Below, in pieces: positions 50,065-60,800 of a stretch of 64,000 bases of DNA (its first letter is position 1; every line of letters begins with the position of its first letter). The notes beneath the pieces were generated by a model, which worked only from the letters and a program-made list of their open reading frames with translations, did not search any database and had not been told where the DNA came from. The position numbers and the translations under genes are program-made. The stretch is from IMG/VR virus record IMGVR_UViG_3300046536_000804; one strand, 5' to 3'. The stretch is from an uncultured virus (IMG/VR IMGVR_UViG_3300046536_000804). Its lineage: Duplodnaviria > Heunggongvirae > Uroviricota > Caudoviricetes.

Positions 50065-52656
50065 TTAAGCTCTGCCTGAGCACATGCCGCCGATCCGTTC
50101 TTCGTCACCACAGTAATGACACCGCGGATGGCCATTCTTGAAGGTCCAGATCGCCGCCTTGAACTTGTGCGGCTTCTGCCCTACCGTCTTGGCTCGTTCG
50201 CGGATCTCTGCGGACTCGTCCTCATAGGAGGGATCAGTAGCTTTGGCGTCTTTGACCCGACGAAAAGGGTTAAACCTGTCGAACAACGATGGCGTCTCGC
50301 GACGGGCCTCGTTGATCAGGCGTTGGCGCCAGGCAGTCACGTCCTGCTGATGCTGCTTACGCTGAGCATTGTGACCCAACCGACTCGCGACGATCCCACC
50401 TGCGGCACCGAGCGTACCGGCAAGGTAGCCGAACGGCGATGCTCGAACCACCCGTGGCAGTACCCGATTGGCTCGATTCAAACCGGACATGACCTTGGCG
50501 GCGGCATTTTCAGCACCACCAGCACCTGAAACGACCCTCTTCGGCAAGACCCAGCGGAACCGCTTGATCTTCTTCGCCAACGCGGCGATCGAGTCGGCCT
50601 GCGACTGCAGCGGCGGCATCGCCCGGTTCAGCGATGTATGTAACCGATCTGCTGCTGCGCCGCTCGCCAGGCTGCCAGCACTCAGGCCCAGGCCGCCGAC
50701 CGTGGCGATGTCGCCAGCGGTGCCGAGAGCCGTACTGGGCTTCTCGGGATAGAAATCTGGAGCGGTGGCTGCGATGCTTGCGTCTTTGACCCGACGAAGA
50801 GGGTCGGCACCGACAATCGACACGGTCTTCTCGGTAACTGGCTTCGAGGTGTCACCGTCCTTGAGCCATTGCTTGAACTGATCGACCGTCATCGACTCCA
50901 TTGAACCTAAACCCTTCCAGCCGGAAGGGTAATGGCTCAAGTACAGCTTCTTGGCGTCTTCAGCAGAGACGGTGCCGAGGACGCCCTTGTGTTCGTCCGG
51001 TTTTCCCGAAGATGGGTCGATCTGATTGATGATAAAGACGACCTCGCTGTCCAGATTGTCACCGACGAACACGTCCACCGCGTCGCCGTCCATTAAGGAC
51101 TTCGTGCGTTTGACATAGCCGTAGTTGGCCGTCATCAGGTTCTTCCAGGGCTTGCCATCCTTGCCCACCCCTCGGCGATACTGGCCCTTGGCTGTCTCGA
51201 TCGAAATCGGGATGCCTTTGTAGTAGATGTGGCCCTTTTTGTAGTTCCCGGCCTGCTGTTGCGGCACCGTCGGCTTCGGGTGCACCCGATTCATCGCCAG
51301 GCGCAGCAACGACGGTGTGACGTGCTGGGCGGTCTTTGCGACCGAGATCGCGCTGTCGTCATTGACCCGACGAAGAGGGTTGATGCTTTTGAGCCAGTCC
51401 AGAGGTTGTTGATACCACGGGACGCCTAGCGGCTGCTGCGGTCTTTCACCCGACGCAGAGGGTTCAGATACCGGGATATCCGCTGATGCCTGTACAGGCG
51501 TAGACACAGGTGGTGCTGGTGGGCGAGGAGCCTGCTGGTGCTTCCTGGCATTGGCGGCCCTTCTCGCTGCGATTAGGCCCACCAGGTCGTCCGCCATGCC
51601 GGCAATCATCAAATTCGGTCCGGCGGCCGCCTTGAACGACTGGGGCATGTCTTTCTTGGTGCGGGAGATCTTCTTCCACTTGCCTGAGCGGTTGGTCGTC
51701 GGAGTGGCCGACTCGTTGTGGTAGATGACATGCTCTTCGCCGACCCGTTTCTGTGCGTAGAGGCCAATCCGCTTGCCGACCGCCTCTTCGCCCCAGTCCA
51801 TGATGTCGATGATGACGATCTTCGGCAAGCCGTCGTGGACATAGACCTCAATCCCGGCCATGTCGCCCGCTGGGAGCTTATCGACGAAGGCTTGCAGATA
51901 GTCCTCCAGTGACGGCCGTCCGCCTAAGGCTGCCTCTTTAACCCGAGGAGCAGGGTTAGCGCGTTCGTCGATGTTGCGGGCGACCGGCCGATTGGACTGA
52001 CTACAATCGGCGCCGCACTCCGGGCAGTTGTAACAATCCGCGGTATCGAAGCCGCTATTGCAGGCGTGGCATGACCAGAGGTGATCGCCGTTGGCGTAGT
52101 AGTTGTCCATCGACGTCTTGGTCGTATCGTTGTCGTGCAGGACGCCCGCCTTACGCAGGGCGACCGTGATGTGATGGTCGTAACCGTTGCGGAGCGGCTC
52201 AAGACCGTACGACTTCCGCAACTGACGCAGGGCGGGCGAATCGACGGTGACGTAGTGGATCATGGAGACGTCCGGCCATCCGTTCGGCTTGACCGTCTTC
52301 ATGTCGCCCAGGGAATAGGTGAAGTGGTGACCACGCTCACTGATGGCGTCCGGCCCGCCGACTTCTTTGACCTCTTCGGGCGACATCACGGTGATATGCG
52401 AATTGAGCCGGCCGTTATGCAGTGGAAGCTCAAGCCCTGGTTCCGACAGGGCGTCGAACATCCCGCGGACCATACTGTTCGGCACCTTCAGGAGCAGCCA
52501 GCCTGAGTCGGACAACTGGAGCTCGCCCGATAGGGAATAGGCCTTGGTCGGCGGGTTGGCGTCGGCCTCCTTGCAGAAGAGGCCGTGGGCTCGGCCGAGA
52601 TGATAGTCGGTGCGGCATTGCTCAACGAAGAAGGACGGCTGCAGAAGGATCGTCAT
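50065..52656 (-). CDS. Polyvalent protein: 2H phosphoesterase + Zn finger + InPase-like domain + hydrophobic segment + Zn finger
   Basis: Two HxT motifs (SHITV, HHITV); CHAC..CPEC; GNYKKGH..ISIE..GKPW..YGY..DGDAVDVF inorganic-pyrophosphatase-like domain; C-terminal CHYC. Confidence 0.75.
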   Translation of the reverse strand: MTILLQPSFFVEQCRTDYHLGRAHGLFCKEADANPPTKAYSLSGELQLSDSGWLLLKVPNSMVRGMFDALSEPGLELPLHNGRLNSHITVMSPEEVKEVGGPDAISERGHHFTYSLGDMKTVKPNGWPDVSMIHYVTVDSPALRQLRKSYGLEPLRNGYDHHITVALRKAGVLHDNDTTKTSMDNYYANGDHLWSCHACNSGFDTADCYNCPECGADCSQSNRPVARNIDERANPAPRVKEAALGGRPSLEDYLQAFVDKLPAGDMAGIEVYVHDGLPKIVIIDIMDWGEEAVGKRIGLYAQKRVGEEHVIYHNESATPTTNRSGKWKKISRTKKDMPQSFKAAAGPNLMIAGMADDLVGLIAARRAANARKHQQAPRPPAPPVSTPVQASADIPVSEPSASGERPQQPLGVPWYQQPLDWLKSINPLRRVNDDSAISVAKTAQHVTPSLLRLAMNRVHPKPTVPQQQAGNYKKGHIYYKGIPISIETAKGQYRRGVGKDGKPWKNLMTANYGYVKRTKSLMDGDAVDVFVGDNLDSEVVFIINQIDPSSGKPDEHKGVLGTVSAEDAKKLYLSHYPSGWKGLGSMESMTVDQFKQWLKDGDTSKPVTEKTVSIVGADPLRRVKDASIAATAPDFYPEKPSTALGTAGDIATVGGLGLSAGSLASGAAADRLHTSLNRAMPPLQSQADSIAALAKKIKRFRWVLPKRVVSGAGGAENAAAKVMSGLNRANRVLPRVVRASPFGYLAGTLGAAGGIVASRLGHNAQRKQHQQDVTAWRQRLINEARRETPSLFDRFNPFRRVKDAKATDPSYEDESAEIRERAKTVGQKPHKFKAAIWTFKNGHPRCHYCGDEERIGGMCSGRA

Positions 52657-52736
52657 GGTGGACCTCAAGTTGTGACAATCCTTATTTTACAGATCCTGCA
52701 CAGCACTGGACGGCATCTTTCACCCGATGCGTAGGG

Positions 52737-54336
52737 TTAAGGCTGCTGACGGACGAAGAAGGCAACGATCTCAGTGACAGTCAGCAGAATAGCCAGACCC
52801 CACCGGCCCGCTACCGTTAGCTTAATCATCGCTTCGTCTACCGCCTCCTTCATTGCATCCGTCTTCATCACTACATGTTGTTCCTCGTCTTCAACCTTTG
52901 GCGGCAATCTTCCCCAGGTGCTGCAAATCGCTACACCAAACAGGATGCCGACAAAAATGTGGGCCAGATCTTTGAAGATATCTTCGTGTGAGATCTTGCC
53001 CTCAACAGGGACTATAAACCGAGCAATACCGAAGCCAACGGCACCGGTGAAGAGAATGAAGTTGAGCATGATGATCTCCACGGATTACTTGACTCACTAA
53101 CCCGAGCCAGGTGGTTAAACCGCACGCCCAGCTCGACGTCGTCGGCATTTGGCCAAACATCGGTTTTCTCGGTCGCGGGTCAAATGGCTGCGGCACGAGG
53201 CTGGGCCGTGCGGGATTGGAAGGTGGGCGGCGTGCGACCTCTATACACCAAAGGTATGACCATTCCCGGGACTCGAACCCAGTTTCCTCCGCCCATAATT
53301 ACGCATGAGGCATGTGTGTTCGACGAATCTCGGCTATCTCCCGCTGAACGCTGTCGTAGAGAAGCGGGTCAGAATCTTTGATCCTGGCCAACTCCGCCGG
53401 CCGTTGCTCGGGAGGCATCTTGAAAATCTTGTTGACGAGGTTCTGGGCAACCGCCACTCGGCTCTTGAGCATGCTGTAGGCGGTGTTCAAAACGAACAAG
53501 CTGATGAGGATGACCCACAACTGCCATATCTGTGTTTCGGTAATACCGAGAAGACTGTACTCGGTTGATACGAGAGCGGCGCCGAAGAGGAAGCCACCCC
53601 ACATGCTGGAAAGATCTCGACAGACGGCCTTATAACTCGGCCAGGCGTCGACCTCGACAACGGACCGCACGACGAAGATGATGAGCGTGATCGTGACAAG
53701 AGTGAGGATTAACATGAGTTGGTCCAACTATTCGTTCCTGCACAGGGGCGATACAAAACATCCGATCGCCCACCGATTTCTCGGTGGGCGATCGGCATCC
53801 TTCAAATCAGAAAACAGCTAATCAGGCGGCTTTTAATGCCGAATCCTGAGCACTGTACGACCACCGAACAAACCCGCACGACCTGTGGAGCAAGAACCGG
53901 CATTCGCCGATGCTCCTCCATGCGACGATCGAAGTCGACTGAACAGGCCTGCCTTGCCACAGCCGCCCGCGGCGCTGGATTGGGTTGTAATGTTTACCGA
54001 GGTGCTTCGCGTCATCGTCCTACCGACCCCGCACGCGCCGTTGGCACAACCTCCGGCTGCTTGCAGCAATGTCGGGCTGGTATCGGCCCAGGTCGGATTG
54101 ATGATGTTCGAATTCGCGGATTCACGGACCTTCTGCGGCGCCGAAGAGAGAGAGCTTTCCCGGAACTGACTGAGATCCGCCATTGCGATAAAGGTATCGT
54201 TGCTGTTCAGGACGAGCTGAGGCTCGTCCATCGGCGGCGGGAGAAGCTTGTCGAGCGGTTGTGCATGCAAGTTTGTCGCGAATACCAGGCTGAGCACCAG
54301 GCCCAGCAAGAGACCAGAGAAAGGGGGACGAATCAT
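52737..54336 (-). other. Membrane/secreted hypothetical genes (52737-53081, 53299-53727, 53833-54336)
   Basis: Hydrophobic helices or signal-peptide-like N termini. Confidence 0.6.
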
Positions 54337-54385
54337 CAGACTACTCCTTTGTGAAGGACAAAACAGAAACCAGACACACTACGGC

Positions 54386-55519
54386 TTAACGCCGCACAAG
54401 GGACCAACGATGATCGATACTACCATCTGCGGCGAACGGATGCCACGAAAACCTGCCGTCATCGCCGCGGCGAGCCTCGCGATAGATCCGACCGGGTACG
54501 TCGTAAAGCTGTCCCACCTGGGCATGGCAGGAGTTGCAAGACATCCCGGCGCCGAGATAACCAGGCGGCGTAAAGTCGCCGCCATCTGAGACAACCGCCC
54601 TTGTCGGCACGAACTGGGCTCGTGGATCGATCTTGGCGGTATACACCGTGCTCGACGCATCCAGACCTTCAGACGCGAAAGTCCATGTCCAGGCTTGACG
54701 CGAGGCGTCGGCGAGTGAGACGGACGGTCGGTAGGTGGTGCCAGTGTCCCACCCATCGGCATTCTTCTCTTGTACTCGAACCTCAAAGACATGTTCCTTC
54801 CCATTCTTGATTCTGAACAAAACGTCATACGCCAGAGTTCCCGTGGGGAACTCCCAACGCCACTTCGGTACGAGCGAGAACGCCCGTACGTCTGTGTCTT
54901 CTTGCCAGTAAGCAATCGGCCCGGAAAGATCCAGGCCGGTCACGTTACGCCACTCTTTGCTGCTGATATGATGCATCCCGCCGCTGGTTCGCCACGGGTC
55001 CACATCGGCAACAGGTGTGATGTCGTTGAACTTCGATCTACCGTTGTTCATGGTGTACATTTTCTGGTAGACCGGGTTCAACGAGTAGAACTTGAGGTTC
55101 TTGCCAACCGGAACGCCACGATCCTTCAGCAGAGCCAATATCCGGGTATTCTCCGGCTTGGGCAGCCACGGATTGTCGCTCTCCTTTGGCGCTTTCCAGT
55201 CCTTCACGTAGACCAGCCAGTTGCCGTCGGTTGACGGCTTCGTGACATAGGCGCCGACGCCCCACGAATGCGTATCGTCTCGAACGATCAAGGCATCGTC
55301 GATTTGGTAGTCAACGCCAACGAGAAGAACCACCGGTAGTCCGGTATCACGGGCTTTCTTGGCAACGACCGCGTGTCGCTCCCGCCGGCGCGTCTCTTGC
55401 GTATCTTCCAGTGGCGGCAGTGCATCAATGATGGGGCCAGGCGGTGGTTGTAGTTGGGCGAGCGGTTGAGCACTTGTCACCGAGGCAAGTAGGAGAAGGG
55501 TAATTGCTGCGTACCTCAT
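54386..55519 (-). CDS. Secreted protein with CxxCH motif
   Basis: Signal-peptide-like MRYAAITLLLLASVTSA; CNSCH near the C terminus. Confidence 0.65.
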   Translation of the reverse strand: MRYAAITLLLLASVTSAQPLAQLQPPPGPIIDALPPLEDTQETRRRERHAVVAKKARDTGLPVVLLVGVDYQIDDALIVRDDTHSWGVGAYVTKPSTDGNWLVYVKDWKAPKESDNPWLPKPENTRILALLKDRGVPVGKNLKFYSLNPVYQKMYTMNNGRSKFNDITPVADVDPWRTSGGMHHISSKEWRNVTGLDLSGPIAYWQEDTDVRAFSLVPKWRWEFPTGTLAYDVLFRIKNGKEHVFEVRVQEKNADGWDTGTTYRPSVSLADASRQAWTWTFASEGLDASSTVYTAKIDPRAQFVPTRAVVSDGGDFTPPGYLGAGMSCNSCHAQVGQLYDVPGRIYREARRGDDGRFSWHPFAADGSIDHRWSLVRR

Positions 55520-55533
55520 GTTCGCATCCTTTC

Positions 55534-55585
55534 AAAAAACGACGCTGCCGGATGTGTACGACAAGTACACCCACGGCAGCGTTTT
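55534..55585. terminator. Putative terminator hairpin
   Basis: AAAAAACGACGCTGCCG...CGGCAGCGTTTT inverted repeat. Confidence 0.55.
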
Positions 55586-56351
55586 CACAGGTTACTTTTC
55601 GACAACTTCTCTCGCCGCTCTCAAAGCGGTGAAGGCTTGCCGAATTGTCTCAGCCCTGGCGTTCCAGGTCTGCAGGATCGCCCGATAGTTGTCGGCAGCG
55701 ACCCGATTTGCTTCATCGCCGGACTGGTCATACGTGTAGCCGTTGACATAGCCCTTTTCATCGGTGATGGGGGTCAGATGACCCCCAAGACCGGCAGCAG
55801 GCGGCATTGGCACATCGCCGATGCACTGCAGCAACGCATCCAACCAGGCAGCGGGCGAATCGTCATACAACGGCACCAGTGTCTTGTCTGGTCCTGGTAA
55901 GTAAGCGATCGCCTCGCTTCGGTGGATTCCGTTGATGATTTCGATTGGCATGAGACTACCACCCTCACCACGTTGTCGTCTTTTACCCGACGCAAAGGGT
56001 TCGCCTGCTTAGACCGGCGAGGTCATCATGACATCCAGGTTAGCATCGGAGACGCCGATGAGCGTGTCGTAGGCCGCACTGACGACCAGGTCACGGTCCT
56101 TGTTCGCCGGGACCAGGCCAGCTTCCTTGAGACGAACGGTAAGAGCGAACTTGGCAGCCTCCGGGTGCCTGCGGGCGAAGCGTTTCGCCGCATTGCCCGA
56201 TGTGCAACCACCTTGAAGCATCTTGAGGATAAAGGCGACGATGTCGGCCCACGGCAAGGAGCCAGCGTTGCTGCCGCCAGCAGCGGTGTACTTTTGCGCC
56301 ATCTTTGCCGCAGCATCGTTACTGTTCATGACTGGCATAGGACGGTCCCTT

Positions 56352-56564
56352 TCAGAAAGAGTCACTGTTCTTCTGGTCGATCAAAGCCGCGGCGTCCAAA
56401 CGAAGGATAGCCGCGATACGCTTGCATTCTCGGTTCGAGATAACGATTCGTCCGCGTTCCATATCGCGGATGTGTTGCCGGGTACAGTCGAGACGCTCGG
56501 CAAGATCAGCTTGCGTCAGGCTGAGCTTCAGACGCTGGTCGCGGATGAGATCGTGATAGGTCAT
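56352..56564 (-). CDS. XRE/Cro-family HTH regulator
   Basis: IRDQRLKLSLTQADLAERLDCTRQHIRDMERG pattern. Confidence 0.85.
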   Translation of the reverse strand: MTYHDLIRDQRLKLSLTQADLAERLDCTRQHIRDMERGRIVISNRECKRIAAILRLDAAALIDQKNSDSF

Positions 56565-56764
56565 CGATCACCGCCCTGTTGTACTCACGCAGTTTGATTT
56601 CGTCGTCGGTCGCTGGTGCCACCGAGACGAATCGCTGCCCTTTACACATCCAACATTTCGTTGCGGGATGGATCTCGACACCCTCTCTTGAAAAGACTGC
56701 CCAGCCATCACTGTTGTTTCCAGATCCGTAACAGTGAGGGCAGTTTATCACCATTCTTCACTCC

Positions 56765-57757
56765 TTATGGCGGAGGTAACGGGTCAACGTGGGTCACCAT
56801 ATACTCACCCTTGGTGAAGGGCGACGAGGATGCAGCTTGAATCACGAGCCCGCCAGTTGTGATCGAGAGCTGTCCGCCTGGAAGATCGGTTCCAAATACA
56901 ATGCGGTACGGATCCTTCGGGATTGGTAATGGCACCACAGGTGGTGCAAACGGAGACGGCCCGACATCCTTGCCACCCAACGACAGCCAGAGAGCTCTGG
57001 CTTCATCCCAGGTCTGCTTGGCCGGCGACAGACCGGTAATGGGATCGAACATATCCGCGGAGAAGCAGATGATGACTTCGGGGCTCACCGACAGCATGCC
57101 GGCCGGGGTCATCTGGATGCCAGGGTCGATACCCCACGTCTCCACGATGTAATTCCCCGCAGCGTTCTTGCCGCTGAGCATGACCGCATGACCGCCGACC
57201 GAACGGCCGCCACCGGTGCCCCAGATCGCATTCGGACCGGCGTTGTTGGCCCAGCCGCTCGGCAGAGAGCAAGTGAACCCGCCACCGCAAAAGTAGTAGA
57301 GACCGATCGCGATGGCTGCGGAGTCTGACGGCTTGACCGTCATCACGTCGAGGATCTTGCGTGGCCCGTTCGGACCGACCACGCCGGTCGTGAACTCAGG
57401 GAAGATGTCCTGATCACCAAGACCGTTGTCACCACCGGCGATCTTGAGATAGCGAGCGATCACGGCGCTGGCATCGAACGCGCACTCGATCCCAGAATTG
57501 CCGGTGTATAGCTGCGCCTGGTGAGCCGCCCAGCAATAGAAACAATCACCATAGTGGTCGTTTCCCAGGATCGGGAACTTAAGAGATCGGCTTTTTGTCC
57601 AGTCAAAACTGGTTGGCGGTGCCGGTACGGCTTTGATTGCCGGTAGATGGTCCGGCACCGCCATCATGCGGCCGTGCAGCTTGAAGCGAAGCTGATCACG
57701 GTCAACGAGCCGTATAGGGTGACCAAGATAGGGAATGACGATATCGGTGAAGCCCAT
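56765..57757 (-). CDS. Papain-like cysteine peptidase
   Basis: LGNDHYGDC (Cys), GGHAV (His) and ETWG motifs; FDW propeptide-boundary-like motif. Confidence 0.7.
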   Translation of the reverse strand: MGFTDIVIPYLGHPIRLVDRDQLRFKLHGRMMAVPDHLPAIKAVPAPPTSFDWTKSRSLKFPILGNDHYGDCFYCWAAHQAQLYTGNSGIECAFDASAVIARYLKIAGGDNGLGDQDIFPEFTTGVVGPNGPRKILDVMTVKPSDSAAIAIGLYYFCGGGFTCSLPSGWANNAGPNAIWGTGGGRSVGGHAVMLSGKNAAGNYIVETWGIDPGIQMTPAGMLSVSPEVIICFSADMFDPITGLSPAKQTWDEARALWLSLGGKDVGPSPFAPPVVPLPIPKDPYRIVFGTDLPGGQLSITTGGLVIQAASSSPFTKGEYMVTHVDPLPPP

Positions 57758-57817
57758 GGAACAATCTCCTCAACAGGATAGGTCTGATCGGTTCGATCAT
57801 TAACCGGATCGACACGG

Positions 57818-60800
57818 TTATTTTGCTGGAAGGAACTTCGACACGTAAGTCTTCACCGAGTTGAGATCAGTGATAGCCACGGCGCCGATCAAGTTGTTCG
57901 ATGCATCGGTCAAGATAACTGCTGGTGAGGTAATCCCAGCAAACTTCGGCCTGGCATCCAACGCAGCCTGCGTGGTGATTCCATAGACGTTGACTCCGTT
58001 CGCCTTGAGCCAGTCTCGGAAACCCTGGTCTTCGGTGACCAGTACCGTCTTCGGTGTTGGCCACAACACTAAAAAGGTCAGCGAGGCTGCTTTGGCATTA
58101 GGAACCGGAGGATTCGGTGGCGGATTTGGCGGATTTGGCAAATTCTCCAACGCTGTCAGCCGCTTGTCGGTCTCGACGCGAAATGCATCCAGCGTGGTCT
58201 TGATCGCCGCCACCGATTTCCGCAGGCTCGCCAGTTGCGTCGCAATATCGTCATCCGGTGTAGGCGATATAGGTGATTTGCTCAGCACCGCGGTAACAGT
58301 ATCCAGAGCAGCAACAAGACTCAGAATCGACTTACCGGTTAACGGCGAATTGGCTTGCTTCTTGGCCTCCGCTACGGAGGCCGTTAAAGATTCAAGCTGA
58401 TCACTGGTAATGCCGCCAGCCTTCACGGTCTCCGTGAGGGCATTCAGCTTTGCTTGAATGCTGGCGACGTCGGTTTTCAGCTTCTCAATGTCAGAAGAAG
58501 GTCCCGGTGGAGGAGGTTGCGGCTGCGGATCTGGAACCACCGGAGGAGCTGGTTTCGGCTGATCGCCGACAAGGACAACGCAGATCTTGTTGGCCGCTGG
58601 GAAGAAAATACCATATTCCGTCCGCTTGGCTTTCCCGTCGGCACCGGGCTGGATCTCGATCAGTAGATTGAAGTGCTTCGGATCTTCAGAATGCTCGCGA
58701 CGGATGATGATCCCGTCAGCCGGATAAGCAAGCCAGTTGAACTGGGCAGGCGAGTTTTCCACAGTGAGCGATGTGATACGCCCGACGGACGCTTTGACAG
58801 ATTCGGGGATCTTGACGGGCATGGTCGGCGTCACTGGCTGGGCGCCCAGTGAGGTGACGACGCTAAACAGTACGAAGGTAAACAGGTGTTTCATGGGTAG
58901 CTTTCATTGTTTGATTTGCCGGCGAGATTGCGCTAAAAGCCTTTGACGGCGTTCGATGCCGTTGAGAATCTCGCCTGCGATTGCCTCATCCTCGGTCCAC
59001 TTGCCGGCTGCATCAGGAGCCGCTTTGACTGCGGCAATTGCTTCTTCCACCCATTGAGTGGCTTCCTTCGCGATCTTGGACAACTTACCGGGCGTGACGA
59101 TAGAGTCTATCGCGGCGGCCAGACCGCCGCCAGGGGGAACTGCGAGTTGTGCCATCTTGGTGGCGATGAGACGCTTGACGTTTGGACCCATAAAAGCCAC
59201 GGAATCCGGCTGACTCTTTCACCCGAGCCGCAGGGTTAGATGTTGCGTCACCTGCACGGGTAGTGTTGCTGCGATGCAGCCAAGGCGCCACACCGTTTGC
59301 AGACGCCACCTTCCTCCTGCGGGCCGTCCGGCGGGACGGCAACCCACTGATGTTTCCTGGTCAGGTCTCGGAACACGCCGAAGACAGTCTCCAGGACAAC
59401 CATGCCGATGATGACGAGGGCCGCGAACACAAACGCGACGAAGATGCCGATCATACCGACAGTAATCTCGAACACGTTAAATCTCCTACCGGATGGCGGA
59501 CTCTTTCACCCGAGCCGCAGGGTCTGTTGATATCCGGATATTGAACTTATTTGGCGTACTTCTGAGCCAGCACAGCAAGTTCTGGCGCCGAGGCGAACGC
59601 GATGACCTCCAGCACCTTGCCGGTGTTATCGAGGACAGCCGCGCACGGCAGCGGGATGTTCTTGCCGCCGAACGGATAGACATCTCCGGCCTGATAGGTT
59701 TTCGCGTCCACGGTGACCACAAACCTGACCAGCATCGGGTCGGCGGCGACCTTCTTGGCATCCAGGGCGGCTGTCGTGTAGAGGATCAGCTTGGTCGTGG
59801 CGAGCGACGGCGGTGTCACGACCGGCGAGGGGCTGACGGGGCCAGGCCCGACGACAGGCGACTTGTCGGCCGGCACCACGATCGGGATCGGCGGCGGAGG
59901 AGGTGGCGGCGGCTTCATGAAGTACGTGCCGACGCCGCCTAGCAGCATCCCGACGAGGATCGAGACCAGCGGCTGGTACTTCTCGGGAATGTACGGCTTG
60001 GCCATGTTGGCAAGCGCGAGGATCGCAGACGTGATCTCCGCCTGCTTGAGGGGGGCGTCTGGCGAATCGGGCGGGATGTTCCGCAGATCTGTGGTCGCTG
60101 CGTGAGCTCGATTGACAATGGATTGGAGGTTGTCAGCCATCGTTCAAATCTCCTAGTTGACACCTTTGACCCGGTGCAAGGGGTTGGTAGAGCCGGCCAT
60201 CCCAACCCAGCGGAACGACCGCGGGAGGCAATGAAGAACGACTTCCTCAGGAGGTTTGGCCGGCTCGGTCTACCAACGTGTCGTTGGACACGAGATAAAT
60301 GGATCACCGTCCTTTCCTGGTTGATGTGACTGAACATCTTACCAATTCATTTTACCCGGCTACGTCCCCAGTGGGGGAGGTAGGCCTGGCGGCATTCCGT
60401 TATTGCCGCGATGAGCTTCTTCGTACTGACGGGCAAAGAGAACTACATCAGCCATCGTCGCTGTAATACCAGCCTGACGACGTGTTGTCATCGTACGGAT
60501 GAGAAGATCAGGATCGCTCGGCCACTCGACCGCAAAGAATTGCCGCAGCTCGGCTCGTTCTTGCTCGCAGTTTTCGTGGCTTTCTGTCAGACCTTTGATA
60601 TGTAGCTCGAGTTGCTCGACACGAAGCATCAACTCCCCCTGACGTCGTTTGACGATCAGGAGGTTGTTGAGGTAAGTGGATATTGCGGTAACGATGGCAG
60701 TCAGAAAGGCAAAGAGGGCGACCCAGAATCCGCTGCCCAAACTCGTCAAAATCTCCTGCATCTCGCAGCCTCCGATGCATAACTGAGTGGCGACAACAGA

